Shown in pieces: positions 29,589-38,800 of a stretch of 43,211 nucleotides of DNA. Location: contig CAWHCF010000011.1 of the NCBI GenBank assembly GCA_963827655.1, positions 1 to 43,211 of the forward strand, read 5' to 3'. The position numbers and the translations under genes were made by a program. How positions within the stretch are numbered: position 1 is the first letter of the stretch; each line of letters starts with the position of its first letter. The DNA is from an uncultured Acidobacteriota bacterium (GTDB lineage: Bacteria; Acidobacteriota; UBA6911). The notes beneath the pieces were generated by a model. It was given only the letters and a program-made list of their open reading frames with translations, did no database searches and had not been told where the DNA came from.

Positions 29589-29640
29589 TTGGATTTAATC
29601 CAAAATTTTGCTTGACCCCGGCTTGGAACAGGCCTACAAC
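29589..29640 (+). promoter_or_regulatory. Candidate sigma70 promoter with upstream palindromic operator
   Basis: TTGACC (29612-29617)-17 nt-TACAAC (29635-29640), with perfect inverted repeat TTGGATT-T-AATCCAA at 29589-29603. Confidence 0.45.
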
Positions 29641-29674
29641 GAACCCAACGTAAACCTACCGAGGGGGGAAACCT

Positions 29675-32600
29675 ATGAACATGCGCCGAAGGACCAGCTT
29701 TCTTACGGCTTGGTGCGGCTGCCTTGTGCTCGGGAGCCTTTGGATTACGGTTTCGAGCGCCCAGGACTATCGCGCCAAAGTGCAAGGGGTCGTGACCGAT
29801 TCGAGCCAGGCGGTGGTGCCCGGTGCCACAATCACGCTCGGAAACAACAACACCGGAGTGGAAACCGTAAAAACCTCCAATGAAAACGGCCACTATCTCT
29901 TCGACTTCGTGGACCCGGGCACCTACACGGTCACCGTCGAGATGCCCGGCTTTACCAAGTTCGTCCAGAAAAACGTGCATGTGCAGGTCCGAGGGGACGT
30001 AACGGTCAACGCGGTGCTGAACATCGGCGCCGTAGCCGAGACCGTCGAGGTGCAGGCAACAACCTCGACCCTTCAGATGAATACCAGCACGATGGAGATG
30101 ACGATCGATCGCAAGATGCTGACCGATCTTCCCATTCTGGCTCGCAATCCATTCACTCTGGCGCTGCTGAACCCCGCCGTCGTCAATCGCTACTTTACCA
30201 CGCGCAATCCCTTCTTCATGTGGTCGTCGAGCCAGATCGATGTGGGAGGAAATACCTCGCAGCGGAACGATCTCCTGCTGGACGGCGCTCCCATTCAGAT
30301 CGGGCCCAAGGGTTCGTACTCTCCCCCGATGGACGCGGTGCAGGAGGTCTCGGTGCAGCAAAACAGCGTCGATGCCGAGTTCGGCCACAGCGCGGGCGGT
30401 ATCCTCAGCCTGGGGATGAAGTCCGGCACGAACAACTTGACCGGCACCGTGTACTACTTCGGCCGCAACCCCGCGCTGAACGCTGTCACGAACCCGGTCA
30501 CGCGGACGCCGAACCAGATCCGGAACCATATCTGGGGCGGCACGGTCGGGCACGCGATTCTAAAGAACAAGCTTTTCGGCTTCACCACGTTCGAGACCTG
30601 GCGGACCAAGGAGCCACGCTTCACGCAGCGGACGCTGCCGACCGACCTCGAGCGCAACGGCGATTTCTCGCAGTCCCTGAACGCCAACGGCGGGCTGCAG
30701 ACCATCTACGATCCCTGGAGCACCGTGTTCGACGCAAGCACGGGAGCAGTCACTCGCACACCGTTCCCCGGTAACCGGATCCCGGCCAGCCGAATGGACC
30801 CGACGGCAGTGCGCATCATGAACGACGTATGGAAGCCCAACGGCCCGGGCGTGGGCCTGACCGGCGCCAACAACTTCCAGACGACCTACTCCTGGCCGAT
30901 GGATTACTGGAACTTCTCGGAGCGGATCGACTGGAACGCGACCGAGAAGTTGAAGATCTTCGGCCGCTTCAGCCGCGTCCGGACCGATCTCGAGTCGGAC
31001 AACTTCGCCAACTCGCCCGCGGTCGAGAACGACAACGGCGGCATCATGAATAACCGCAACATCGCCGGCGATGTCGTCTACGTCCTGACGCCCACCACCG
31101 TCATCAACGCGCGCGGAAGTTACGCTTCGCTCGAGGACGATTACGACGGCAAGGACCGCAAGGTGGGGGTGGAGGGCCTGTCCGAGTTCTGGCCCAACAA
31201 TCCCTGGTACCTGCCGTACATCGGAGAGATGCCGGCTGTCTACTACCCGCGCATCAACATCGGAGGCGGCGGCTTCGGGAAGGGGAGCTACTGGTTCCAG
31301 CATCCGCGCCACTGGGCCTACTCGGCGCATATGCGGCAGACCCGAGGCATCCACAACTGGAAGGTCGGGTTCGAAAATCGTCTGCACCATTCGGACGGAA
31401 TCTATCCGAATCTGATGAACTTCAATTTCGCGCCGGCCCTGACCGCCAATACCTTTATCTCGCCGAACACTCTGCTCAGCGGCGATGAATGGGCCACGTT
31501 CCTGCTTGGTGCGATCAATTCAGACTCCAACTCCGAGACCTGGCCGTTTCAGAGGTTCGTGGTCAATTACTGGGCCGGGTTCATCCACGACGATATCAAG
31601 CTCACTCCGAGGATCACGCTTAATCTCGGGCTGCGGTACGAGTTCGAGACCGGCGTCAGTGACCGCAGAGAGCCGCAGCTGTCGCGCTACCTCGACCTCA
31701 CTCAACCGATTCCGGAGATGCAGAGCAACGCGCCGCAGCTCCCGCCCGAGGTGACCGCGATCCGCACGTCCCCACCGACGTACAACGGCGCCTGGTACTT
31801 CACCGACAGCTCGAATCGAGGCGCGTTCAACACAGACAAGACCATCTTTATGCCGCGGGTCGGTATCGCGATCCGGATTAACGACAAAACGGCCTTCCGC
31901 GCGGGTTACGCCCGGTACGTCATCCCGCCTCTGATCATCGGCAACACGCTCAGCCGCGTCTCGATGCCCTACTACAGCGCTCGCTCGACTGTGGCGCCGG
32001 TGCTCGAAGGGATTCCGCAGGCGCGTCTCAGCGAGCCCTTCCCCGCCTCGAACCCGCTGGTCTTGCCGAAAGGCAATTCGCTGCAGCAGTATACCAACCT
32101 GGGGGACGCTGCCACCTGGTACACTCCAAACCTGCGGACGGGCGTCAATGACCGGATAAACTTCTCGATCCAGCGCGAGCTGCCGAGCGGCTTGCACATC
32201 GACGTCACATATTTCATGAACCTGGGGCACGACCTGCCCTACACGAAACCCCTCAACATGAGGGACCCGCAGCTCGATTACACCCACAAGGCCGTACTCA
32301 GCAGTACGGTCCCGAATCCGTTTTACCAGTACCTCACGCCCGAGAAGTTCCCGGGCCCGCTCCGCAACCAGCGAACCGTGTCCATCGGCAGCCTGCTCGG
32401 TCCGTATCCGCAGTACGGCGGCCTGAGCGAGACGAACGTCGCGGGGGCATCGAACCGATACTATGCCCTTCAGATGAGGCTGGAGCGGAGGTTCAGCGCC
32501 GGATACACGTTCGTCGCAGCCTACAACTACAACCGGGAGCACAATTCCGAGTTCTTCAACGCCGACGACCAGTATGCCAACCGCTTCACGATGATCCCCG

Positions 32601-33130
32601 GCCAGTTCCCGCGGCACCGGTTGACGACCGGTGGAACCTACGAGTTCCCGCTCGGCGACGGCCGCAGGTTCCTCGCCAACCGGCACCCGGTCGTAAACGG
32701 CATCTTCGGCGGTTGGTCAACCAGCTGGCTGTTCATGTATAACTCGGGCCAGTTCATCCGGTTCAATCAGGCGGAGACAGACGGCTCGAGCCCGAAACTC
32801 GACAACCCGACCGTCGACCAATGGTTCGATACGTCGAAGTTCAAGCAGGCGCAGCCCTTCACGCCGCGGACGAACCCGTGGCAGTACCCGGACGTAACCG
32901 GGCCGCTTTTCTGGAACATCGACATGACGCTCTCGAAGTACTTTCCGATCTCGGAGCGGTACAGGCTCGAGTTCAAGTTCGAAGCCTACAACCTGACCAA
33001 CAGCTTCATTCCGTCCGATCCGGTCTCGAACAACGTCCTGAGCCCGCTGTTTGGCAAACCGGCCTCCCCGGGCCAGGCGCTGGCCAACCGCGGGCGCGAG
33101 ATGCAGTACACACTGCGGGTTCATTTCTAA
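29675..33130 (+). CDS. TonB-dependent receptor-like outer membrane protein with N-terminal carboxypeptidase regulatory-like domain (Oar-like)
   Basis: Signal peptide, GVVTDSSQAVVPGATI, plug motif DAVQEVSVQ..AEFGHSAGG..KSGTN, TLNLGLRYE and C-terminal Phe (LRVHF). Confidence 0.92.
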   Translation: MNMRRRTSFLTAWCGCLVLGSLWITVSSAQDYRAKVQGVVTDSSQAVVPGATITLGNNNTGVETVKTSNENGHYLFDFVDPGTYTVTVEMPGFTKFVQKNVHVQVRGDVTVNAVLNIGAVAETVEVQATTSTLQMNTSTMEMTIDRKMLTDLPILARNPFTLALLNPAVVNRYFTTRNPFFMWSSSQIDVGGNTSQRNDLLLDGAPIQIGPKGSYSPPMDAVQEVSVQQNSVDAEFGHSAGGILSLGMKSGTNNLTGTVYYFGRNPALNAVTNPVTRTPNQIRNHIWGGTVGHAILKNKLFGFTTFETWRTKEPRFTQRTLPTDLERNGDFSQSLNANGGLQTIYDPWSTVFDASTGAVTRTPFPGNRIPASRMDPTAVRIMNDVWKPNGPGVGLTGANNFQTTYSWPMDYWNFSERIDWNATEKLKIFGRFSRVRTDLESDNFANSPAVENDNGGIMNNRNIAGDVVYVLTPTTVINARGSYASLEDDYDGKDRKVGVEGLSEFWPNNPWYLPYIGEMPAVYYPRINIGGGGFGKGSYWFQHPRHWAYSAHMRQTRGIHNWKVGFENRLHHSDGIYPNLMNFNFAPALTANTFISPNTLLSGDEWATFLLGAINSDSNSETWPFQRFVVNYWAGFIHDDIKLTPRITLNLGLRYEFETGVSDRREPQLSRYLDLTQPIPEMQSNAPQLPPEVTAIRTSPPTYNGAWYFTDSSNRGAFNTDKTIFMPRVGIAIRINDKTAFRAGYARYVIPPLIIGNTLSRVSMPYYSARSTVAPVLEGIPQARLSEPFPASNPLVLPKGNSLQQYTNLGDAATWYTPNLRTGVNDRINFSIQRELPSGLHIDVTYFMNLGHDLPYTKPLNMRDPQLDYTHKAVLSSTVPNPFYQYLTPEKFPGPLRNQRTVSIGSLLGPYPQYGGLSETNVAGASNRYYALQMRLERRFSAGYTFVAAYNYNREHNSEFFNADDQYANRFTMIPGQFPRHRLTTGGTYEFPLGDGRRFLANRHPVVNGIFGGWSTSWLFMYNSGQFIRFNQAETDGSSPKLDNPTVDQWFDTSKFKQAQPFTPRTNPWQYPDVTGPLFWNIDMTLSKYFPISERYRLEFKFEAYNLTNSFIPSDPVSNNVLSPLFGKPASPGQALANRGREMQYTLRVHF

Positions 33131-35347
33131 TTGAACTCAAACCGTCGTCAGAGCCCACCGGCCGCGCAAGGTTGCCGGTGGGCTCTTCTCTTTTTGGCAG
33201 GCGCGCTCGGCTTTGCCGGAGCAAGCCACGCTCCCGCCTCGCTTCAGGTGGCCGACGGCCACCAGCGGATGCTCCAGCTGCTCGAGCAGGTCAGGGCGCG
33301 CGCCGACGTGGAGAACCACTACACCGGCGACGGGGGGCGGCGTCAGGCGGAGTCGCAGCTAGCTGCGCTTCCAGCCGATGCGCCCGACCTGACGCGGTTT
33401 CGCCTCAATTGTCTCACCAGCATCCACGACATGCGCCTGGGGAAGACGGAGGAGGCGATTCAACACCTGCAAGAAGCCTACCGGCTGCTTCCCAGGATAC
33501 GACCCGAGGTCCCTAAAGAGATCGCCGAAGAAGCGATCCTCCAGCTTGCGGTCGCGCATCTGAGGCTGGGCGAGACCCAGAACTGCCTCGAGCATCGCAG
33601 CGCCGAAAGCTGCATTCTGCCCATCCGGGGCACCGGAATCCACAGACAGCAGGCCGGCGCGCGCCGAGCCATCAGCTATCTCACGATCTTGCTCAAGGAA
33701 AACCCGGAGCACTTGACCGCCCGCTGGTTGTTCAATCTTGCCTACATGACCGTCGGAGACTATCCCGCGGAGGTGCCCAAGAAGTTCCTGATTCCGCCGG
33801 AAGCGTTCAAGTCCGACGAAGACTTTCCACGCTTTCCCGACGTTGCTTCCGAAGTCGGAGCGAACGTCGTGGGTCTGGCCGGCGGTGCTATCGCGGATGA
33901 CTTCGACGGTGACGGTTTCCTGGATATCGTCGTCTCGAACTGGGATAGCGCGGGCCAGATTCGCTACCTCCGGAACAAGGGAGATGGAACCTTTTCTGAC
34001 CAGACCGCGGAGGCTGGCCTGACCGGCCTCTACGGCGGCTTGAACATCATCCAGGCGGACTACGACAACGACGGCGACATCGACATCCTGGTCCCGCGAG
34101 GAGCCTGGCTCGAAGGCGCCGGACGCCACCCGAAATCGCTGCTGCGCAACGATGGACGGGGCCGCTTCCGGGATGTCACCTTCGAGGCCGGCCTGGGCGA
34201 AGTTCACTACCCCAGCCAGACCGGCGCCTGGGCCGACTACGACAACGACGGCGATCTGGACCTGTATGCCGGAAACGAGAATTCTCCCTCACAGCTCTTC
34301 AGGAACAACAGCGACGGGACCTTTACCGACGTCGCGCCCTTCGCCGGCGTCGAAAACAACAGGTTCGCCAAGGGCGTCGTCTGGGGAGACTACGACAACG
34401 ACAGGTTCCCTGACCTGTACGTTTCCAACCTGGAAGGGGAAAACCGGTTGTACCGCAACAACCGGGACGGGACGTTTACGGACGTGGCGCCGCAACTCGG
34501 CGTGACCAAACCCCTGCGCAGTTTCCCCGCCTGGTTCTGGGATTTCAACAACGACGGCGTGCTGGACCTCTACGTCGCCAGCTACCACCCCGACGTGCGG
34601 CACGTGGCGGCGGACTATCTGGGGTTACCCCACCAGGGAGAGCCGGCCTGTCTCTATCAGGGAGATGGCAAAGGAGGGTTTCGCGAGGTGGCTGCCGGCA
34701 AGAACCTGACCCGCGTCGCCCAGACCATGGGGTGCAACTTCGGGGATCTCGACAACGATGGCTTCCCGGATTTCTATCTCGGAACCGGGTATCCCGCCTA
34801 TGAGGCATTGATGCCCAAGCTGCTGTTTCACAATCGCGGCGGAAGCCGATTCTCGAATGTCACGACGGCAGCGAACGTCGGCCATTTGCAGAAGGGACAC
34901 GGGGTGTCATTCGCCGATCTTGACAACGACGGCGACCAGGACCTCTTCATCAAGCTTGGCGGTTCGTTCGCGGGGGATTCCTACGGCAGCGCGCTGTTCC
35001 AAAACCCCGGCTTCGGCAATCACTGGCTTACCATGAAGCTAGTGGGAAAACAGTCCAATCGCTGGGGCGTAGGAGCAAGAATCCGGGCCGAGATCGACGA
35101 ATCGGGAAAGAGGCGTTCGGTTTACAAATGGGTGACAAGCGGCAGCAGCTTTGGCGCCAACCCGCTCCGCCAGGAGATCGGGTTGGGCAAGGCGACGAGG
35201 ATTGAAGTACTCGAGATCTTGTGGCCGACCACGGGCGCGACCCAGCGACTTCTGAATGTGCCGGCCGACCAGTTCATCGAAATCACTGAAGGGGAGAGCC
35301 AGTACCGGAAGCTGCCCTGGAAGCCGGCGAAATTCCGGACTAAATAA
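33131..35347 (+). CDS. CRTAC1-family protein: TPR-like N-domain, FG-GAP/VCBS repeats and ASPIC/UnbV domain
   Basis: Seven DxDxDGxxD-type repeats and a C-terminal GARI...SGSSFG...IGLG...EILWP. The start is uncertain (TTG directly after the receptor stop). Confidence 0.88.
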   Translation: MNSNRRQSPPAAQGCRWALLFLAGALGFAGASHAPASLQVADGHQRMLQLLEQVRARADVENHYTGDGGRRQAESQLAALPADAPDLTRFRLNCLTSIHDMRLGKTEEAIQHLQEAYRLLPRIRPEVPKEIAEEAILQLAVAHLRLGETQNCLEHRSAESCILPIRGTGIHRQQAGARRAISYLTILLKENPEHLTARWLFNLAYMTVGDYPAEVPKKFLIPPEAFKSDEDFPRFPDVASEVGANVVGLAGGAIADDFDGDGFLDIVVSNWDSAGQIRYLRNKGDGTFSDQTAEAGLTGLYGGLNIIQADYDNDGDIDILVPRGAWLEGAGRHPKSLLRNDGRGRFRDVTFEAGLGEVHYPSQTGAWADYDNDGDLDLYAGNENSPSQLFRNNSDGTFTDVAPFAGVENNRFAKGVVWGDYDNDRFPDLYVSNLEGENRLYRNNRDGTFTDVAPQLGVTKPLRSFPAWFWDFNNDGVLDLYVASYHPDVRHVAADYLGLPHQGEPACLYQGDGKGGFREVAAGKNLTRVAQTMGCNFGDLDNDGFPDFYLGTGYPAYEALMPKLLFHNRGGSRFSNVTTAANVGHLQKGHGVSFADLDNDGDQDLFIKLGGSFAGDSYGSALFQNPGFGNHWLTMKLVGKQSNRWGVGARIRAEIDESGKRRSVYKWVTSGSSFGANPLRQEIGLGKATRIEVLEILWPTTGATQRLLNVPADQFIEITEGESQYRKLPWKPAKFRTK
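33150..33195 (+). terminator. Rho-independent terminator-like hairpin after the TonB receptor
   Basis: 13-bp perfect stem agagcccaccggc / gccggtgggctct followed by tctcttttt. Confidence 0.65.
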
Positions 35348-35379
35348 CCACCAAGACGCGAAGTCGCTACGACTAGTCT

Positions 35380-37230
35380 TCATTTCTGAATTCCTTTGCC
35401 CTGCACTATCGTGAAATGCCGGTCCACGGCCGGGACCGCGACGGATTCCTGTGACCCGTTGGGCCATAGGATCTCCAGTTTTTCAACTGTCGTCGCACTG
35501 CCCAGACCAAAGTGGACTCTCGAGTCGCTCTGAGAGATGTATCCCCTCCCCGACGACACTTCGCCTCTCTGGCGAAACCCTCCCGCGTAACAGAAAACTA
35601 CCGTTCCTGTCGCGTCGCGAGGCGTTTTAACCAGGGGATTCCCGATCAGCTTCAACGATATCCAGTGTCCGCTGCGATTGCCTCCTCGGTTTCTCAGCAG
35701 CGTCGGCGGGCCATCGAGGTTATTCAAGACGATATCCAGATCGCCATCATTGAAAAGGTCTCCCACGGCCGCTCCCCTCGAACTCTTTGGCTCTGTAAAG
35801 CCGGAGCCCAGACTACCGGTCACATCCGCAAAACGGCCGTCCCCGAGCTGGCGAAACAGCAGGGTCCGTTGCTGGTAAGACGTCGACCTTCGAAGCCTGT
35901 CAATTTGAGGGTACACGTGGCCGTTCGCGGCCAAGATGTCCAACGAGCCGTCGTTGTCATAATCAAGGAACTCCGCTCCCCAGCCGAGAAAAGGAACCGT
36001 CACCGTTCCCAGACCCGCTAGTTCCGTGACATCGCCGAAATCCAGATTCCCGCTGTTTCGCTGGAGCGTATAGCTGTCGTCCGAAAACGTGGTGAAGAAG
36101 AAGTCATCTCTGCCATCCCGGTCGTAGTCGCCGACGGCCATCCCCATGTAGGCTTGTTCTCGTCCTTCGCCGTTGGTGGCCAACCCGGTGAGCAGACCGA
36201 TCTCCTCGAAGGTGCCGTCACGGCGGTTGTGATAGACGTAATTGGGCCTGGAGTCGTTCGCCACCACGATATCCGGCCATCGATCATCGTCAATGTCGAC
36301 CCATGCCACGCTGAATCCGTAGTAGCCGTGGCTGTCCTCGACGCCGGCGCGCCTGGTGGCGTTCGTGAACGTTCCGTCGCCGTTGTTGCGGAAAAGAAAG
36401 TCAGGCGCGCCCTTCAGCCCCCGCGGCCCGCAGGCCACACGCAACCCCAAGAACGTGCAGAAAGGCGCGCCGGAATCGTAGGCGGCGCCCATTCTGGCTC
36501 CCTGGTCCACGGCTGTCACCAAGGGGCCGGCGGCGACCGGTGCATCGCTCGATTCTCCGGCAGGCGGGGGATCGTTCCAATCGAACTGAACATAGCCGGC
36601 GACGTACAGGTCCAGCTGGCCGTCGCGATCGTAATCGCCAAATGCGCAACCGGTCGACCATGTCTCGACTGCCACACCGGCCTTCTCCGCCACGTCGGTG
36701 AACGTGCCATCTTTGTTGTTGCGGTACAGACGGCTTCGGCCAAGGTTGGTTACGTAGAGATCAGCCCATCCGTCATTGTCGAAATCTCCCGCGCACACCC
36801 CGGTTCCCCAGCGGTTGTTCCCAACCCCTGCTTTGAGTGTGACCTCGGTAAACGTCCCATCCTTGTTGTTACGGAAGAGCGCAGAGGACTGGGCTGCCGC
36901 CTGCCCCTTCCGCGCCGGGCTCGAGAGCGCATTGACAAGATAAATATCGAGCCACCCGTCATTGTCATAATCGAATAGGGCAACTCCTGACCCTATGGTC
37001 TCAGGGAGATAAGGCTTCAACGGATCTCCCGCGACGTGGCTGAAGCGGCTCAACCCGGATGAGGCCGTGACGTTCTCGTACTGCACTCCTTTGGCGGCGT
37101 GCGGCGACAGCGGCGGAGTGGTCCGCGTGGGGGCATCAAATTCGGCCCCGGGCTTTTGCGTTGCGGGTGCCAGAGAGAACACCAACGTGAGCGTAGCGGC
37201 GGCAGTGAGTCGCGCGCAGTGCCTTCGCAT
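35380..37230 (-). CDS. CRTAC1-family FG-GAP repeat + ASPIC/UnbV protein
   Basis: Signal peptide, ETIGSGVALFDYDNDGWLD, repeated DxDxDG motifs and GYISQSDSRVHFGLG. Confidence 0.92.
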   Translation of the reverse strand: MRRHCARLTAAATLTLVFSLAPATQKPGAEFDAPTRTTPPLSPHAAKGVQYENVTASSGLSRFSHVAGDPLKPYLPETIGSGVALFDYDNDGWLDIYLVNALSSPARKGQAAAQSSALFRNNKDGTFTEVTLKAGVGNNRWGTGVCAGDFDNDGWADLYVTNLGRSRLYRNNKDGTFTDVAEKAGVAVETWSTGCAFGDYDRDGQLDLYVAGYVQFDWNDPPPAGESSDAPVAAGPLVTAVDQGARMGAAYDSGAPFCTFLGLRVACGPRGLKGAPDFLFRNNGDGTFTNATRRAGVEDSHGYYGFSVAWVDIDDDRWPDIVVANDSRPNYVYHNRRDGTFEEIGLLTGLATNGEGREQAYMGMAVGDYDRDGRDDFFFTTFSDDSYTLQRNSGNLDFGDVTELAGLGTVTVPFLGWGAEFLDYDNDGSLDILAANGHVYPQIDRLRRSTSYQQRTLLFRQLGDGRFADVTGSLGSGFTEPKSSRGAAVGDLFNDGDLDIVLNNLDGPPTLLRNRGGNRSGHWISLKLIGNPLVKTPRDATGTVVFCYAGGFRQRGEVSSGRGYISQSDSRVHFGLGSATTVEKLEILWPNGSQESVAVPAVDRHFTIVQGKGIQK

Positions 37231-37238
37231 TGCCGTCC

Positions 37239-38261
37239 TCAGCGCTTGGCTTCGCCCTCCGCCCGCAGCTTGTTCGCAATATCGATTTCCTTTTTCGCCA
37301 GCTCGGGCCGGTTGGTTTTGTGGTAGATGCGCGCGAGCAGGAAATGCGCCTCGTAGCTCTGGGGAGCCAATTCCAGGGCGCGTTTCAGAGCCTGCTCCGC
37401 CTCCGAGTACTTCCCCAGCTGGGTATATGCGGTCGAAATAAGAACGTACGATTCGGTGGCCCGCAGGTTCAGCCAGATCGCTCGCTGCAGGGCGGCAATT
37501 GCCTGGTCGAATTTACCCGTGCGAATGCGGATGTCACCAAGGTAGTGCCATGCCATGGGATGCATCGGGTTGATCGCCAGTTCTTTTTGCAAATGCTCGG
37601 TCGCTTCTGGCAGAGCGCCGTTGGTGAGAGCGATAAGCGCCAGGCGATAGTTCATGTCGGGCAGGTCAGGCCGGCTTTTTTGCGCGTCTCGAATCAGCGC
37701 CTCTCCTTCGGCGAGGAAGTTTTCTCGGACCAGGAAATGAGCGGTCAAAACGGACGCCTGTGGGCTATCGGGCTCGATATCGAACAGGCGCGCGAAGGTT
37801 CGCCTGGCCGCGTCGCGGTCACGCGCGTACACATACGTCATGGCCAGAGCGTAAAGGTAGTAGGTATCGCCGGGATTCCAGGTAACGGCCTTCTCCAGCA
37901 GCGGCAGCGCGTCCTGCGTCCTGTTGCTGAAGTAGTACGCCATGGCCAGGGTTTCGACGGTCTGCTTCCAGGGACTTGAGTTGTCGGGTTCCAATTTCAG
38001 CGTCGCTGACAGATGGCGGATGGCGAGCGCAAGATTGTTTTGCTGGTAGTACGCCAATCCCAGGGCATGCCGCAGTTCGGATCGATCGGGATACTTCTCA
38101 GCCCAGGGATCCAGCGCTCGAACGACGCCCTCCAGATCGCCCCGGTTCCGCATCTCTTCGGCATCCTTCAGGGCACTGAAGTACTCCGCGGGAGGCTCCT
38201 GCGCGAAACAGGCACCGCCGCACCAGAGAACCAGTCCGATTGCGCCCGTGAGCCGCCGCAT
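37239..38261 (-). CDS. Secreted tetratricopeptide repeat protein
   Basis: Signal MRRLTGAIGLVLWCGGACFA and multiple TPR motifs (HALGLAYY, AWHYLGD, AHFLLARIY). It ends 8 nt upstream of the CRTAC1 gene. Confidence 0.88.
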   Translation of the reverse strand: MRRLTGAIGLVLWCGGACFAQEPPAEYFSALKDAEEMRNRGDLEGVVRALDPWAEKYPDRSELRHALGLAYYQQNNLALAIRHLSATLKLEPDNSSPWKQTVETLAMAYYFSNRTQDALPLLEKAVTWNPGDTYYLYALAMTYVYARDRDAARRTFARLFDIEPDSPQASVLTAHFLVRENFLAEGEALIRDAQKSRPDLPDMNYRLALIALTNGALPEATEHLQKELAINPMHPMAWHYLGDIRIRTGKFDQAIAALQRAIWLNLRATESYVLISTAYTQLGKYSEAEQALKRALELAPQSYEAHFLLARIYHKTNRPELAKKEIDIANKLRAEGEAKR

Positions 38262-38270
38262 AGCGCGGCT

Positions 38271-38279
38271 ATGATAGCA
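38271..38279 (-). promoter_or_regulatory. Candidate extended -10 promoter (TGcTATCAT)
   Basis: Lies 9 nt upstream of ATG 38261, and the gene has no Shine-Dalgarno sequence. Confidence 0.4.
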
Positions 38280-38800
38280 CGACCGCGAAAGGCGGGCGCC
38301 GCCGAAGAAAGGAGGCAGCCCGCGAGGCGAGCACGCTCGAGCTCTGGCGGATGTCCCGATCACCCGGGATGCCGTTTCTGGCTAGGAAAGAGGGCGACAT
38401 ATTGGTCGACACGCGAATGCGTGTGCACGTACAACGACGACGGTCAAATTCGTGTCGGGGACATGTGAGCTCTTGACTTGGGTAGAAGACCTTTACTTCT
38501 TGTGGGTTTTTCAAGCGGCAGTCGATTTAGGGTTTCGCCCAGTCGGCACCTTTTTGGCTACTGAGTGGATGTCGCACAAGCTCCGGATGCGTCAGCGCGG
38601 CGAAGAGGTAACCGTCTTCGAGAATGCACGGCGACGGCGGCGCCAATCCACCGTGAACGCGACGGAGAAAGGTCTTCGAGATGATCATCGACTCCATTAT
38701 GATGGAGGAGGTGCCGACCGATCTTCTCTTCAAGCTCTCCTGCAGCTTTCCAGCACTACAAACATATGAACGACGCTTCTGGACACCCGAAAGGAAAAAG

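Noticed and set aside
29527-29674. Cobalamin or other riboswitch upstream of the TonB receptor
   Set aside because: I see no B12-box or other riboswitch core, and the candidate promoter leaves a leader of only about 30 nt.
38280-38800. ORF 38452-38769 and an N-terminal extension of the serine hydrolase from 38681
   Set aside because: No family motif is present, and the RBS and signal peptide point to ATG 38801. The region may hold a decayed gene fragment, but I cannot support that.
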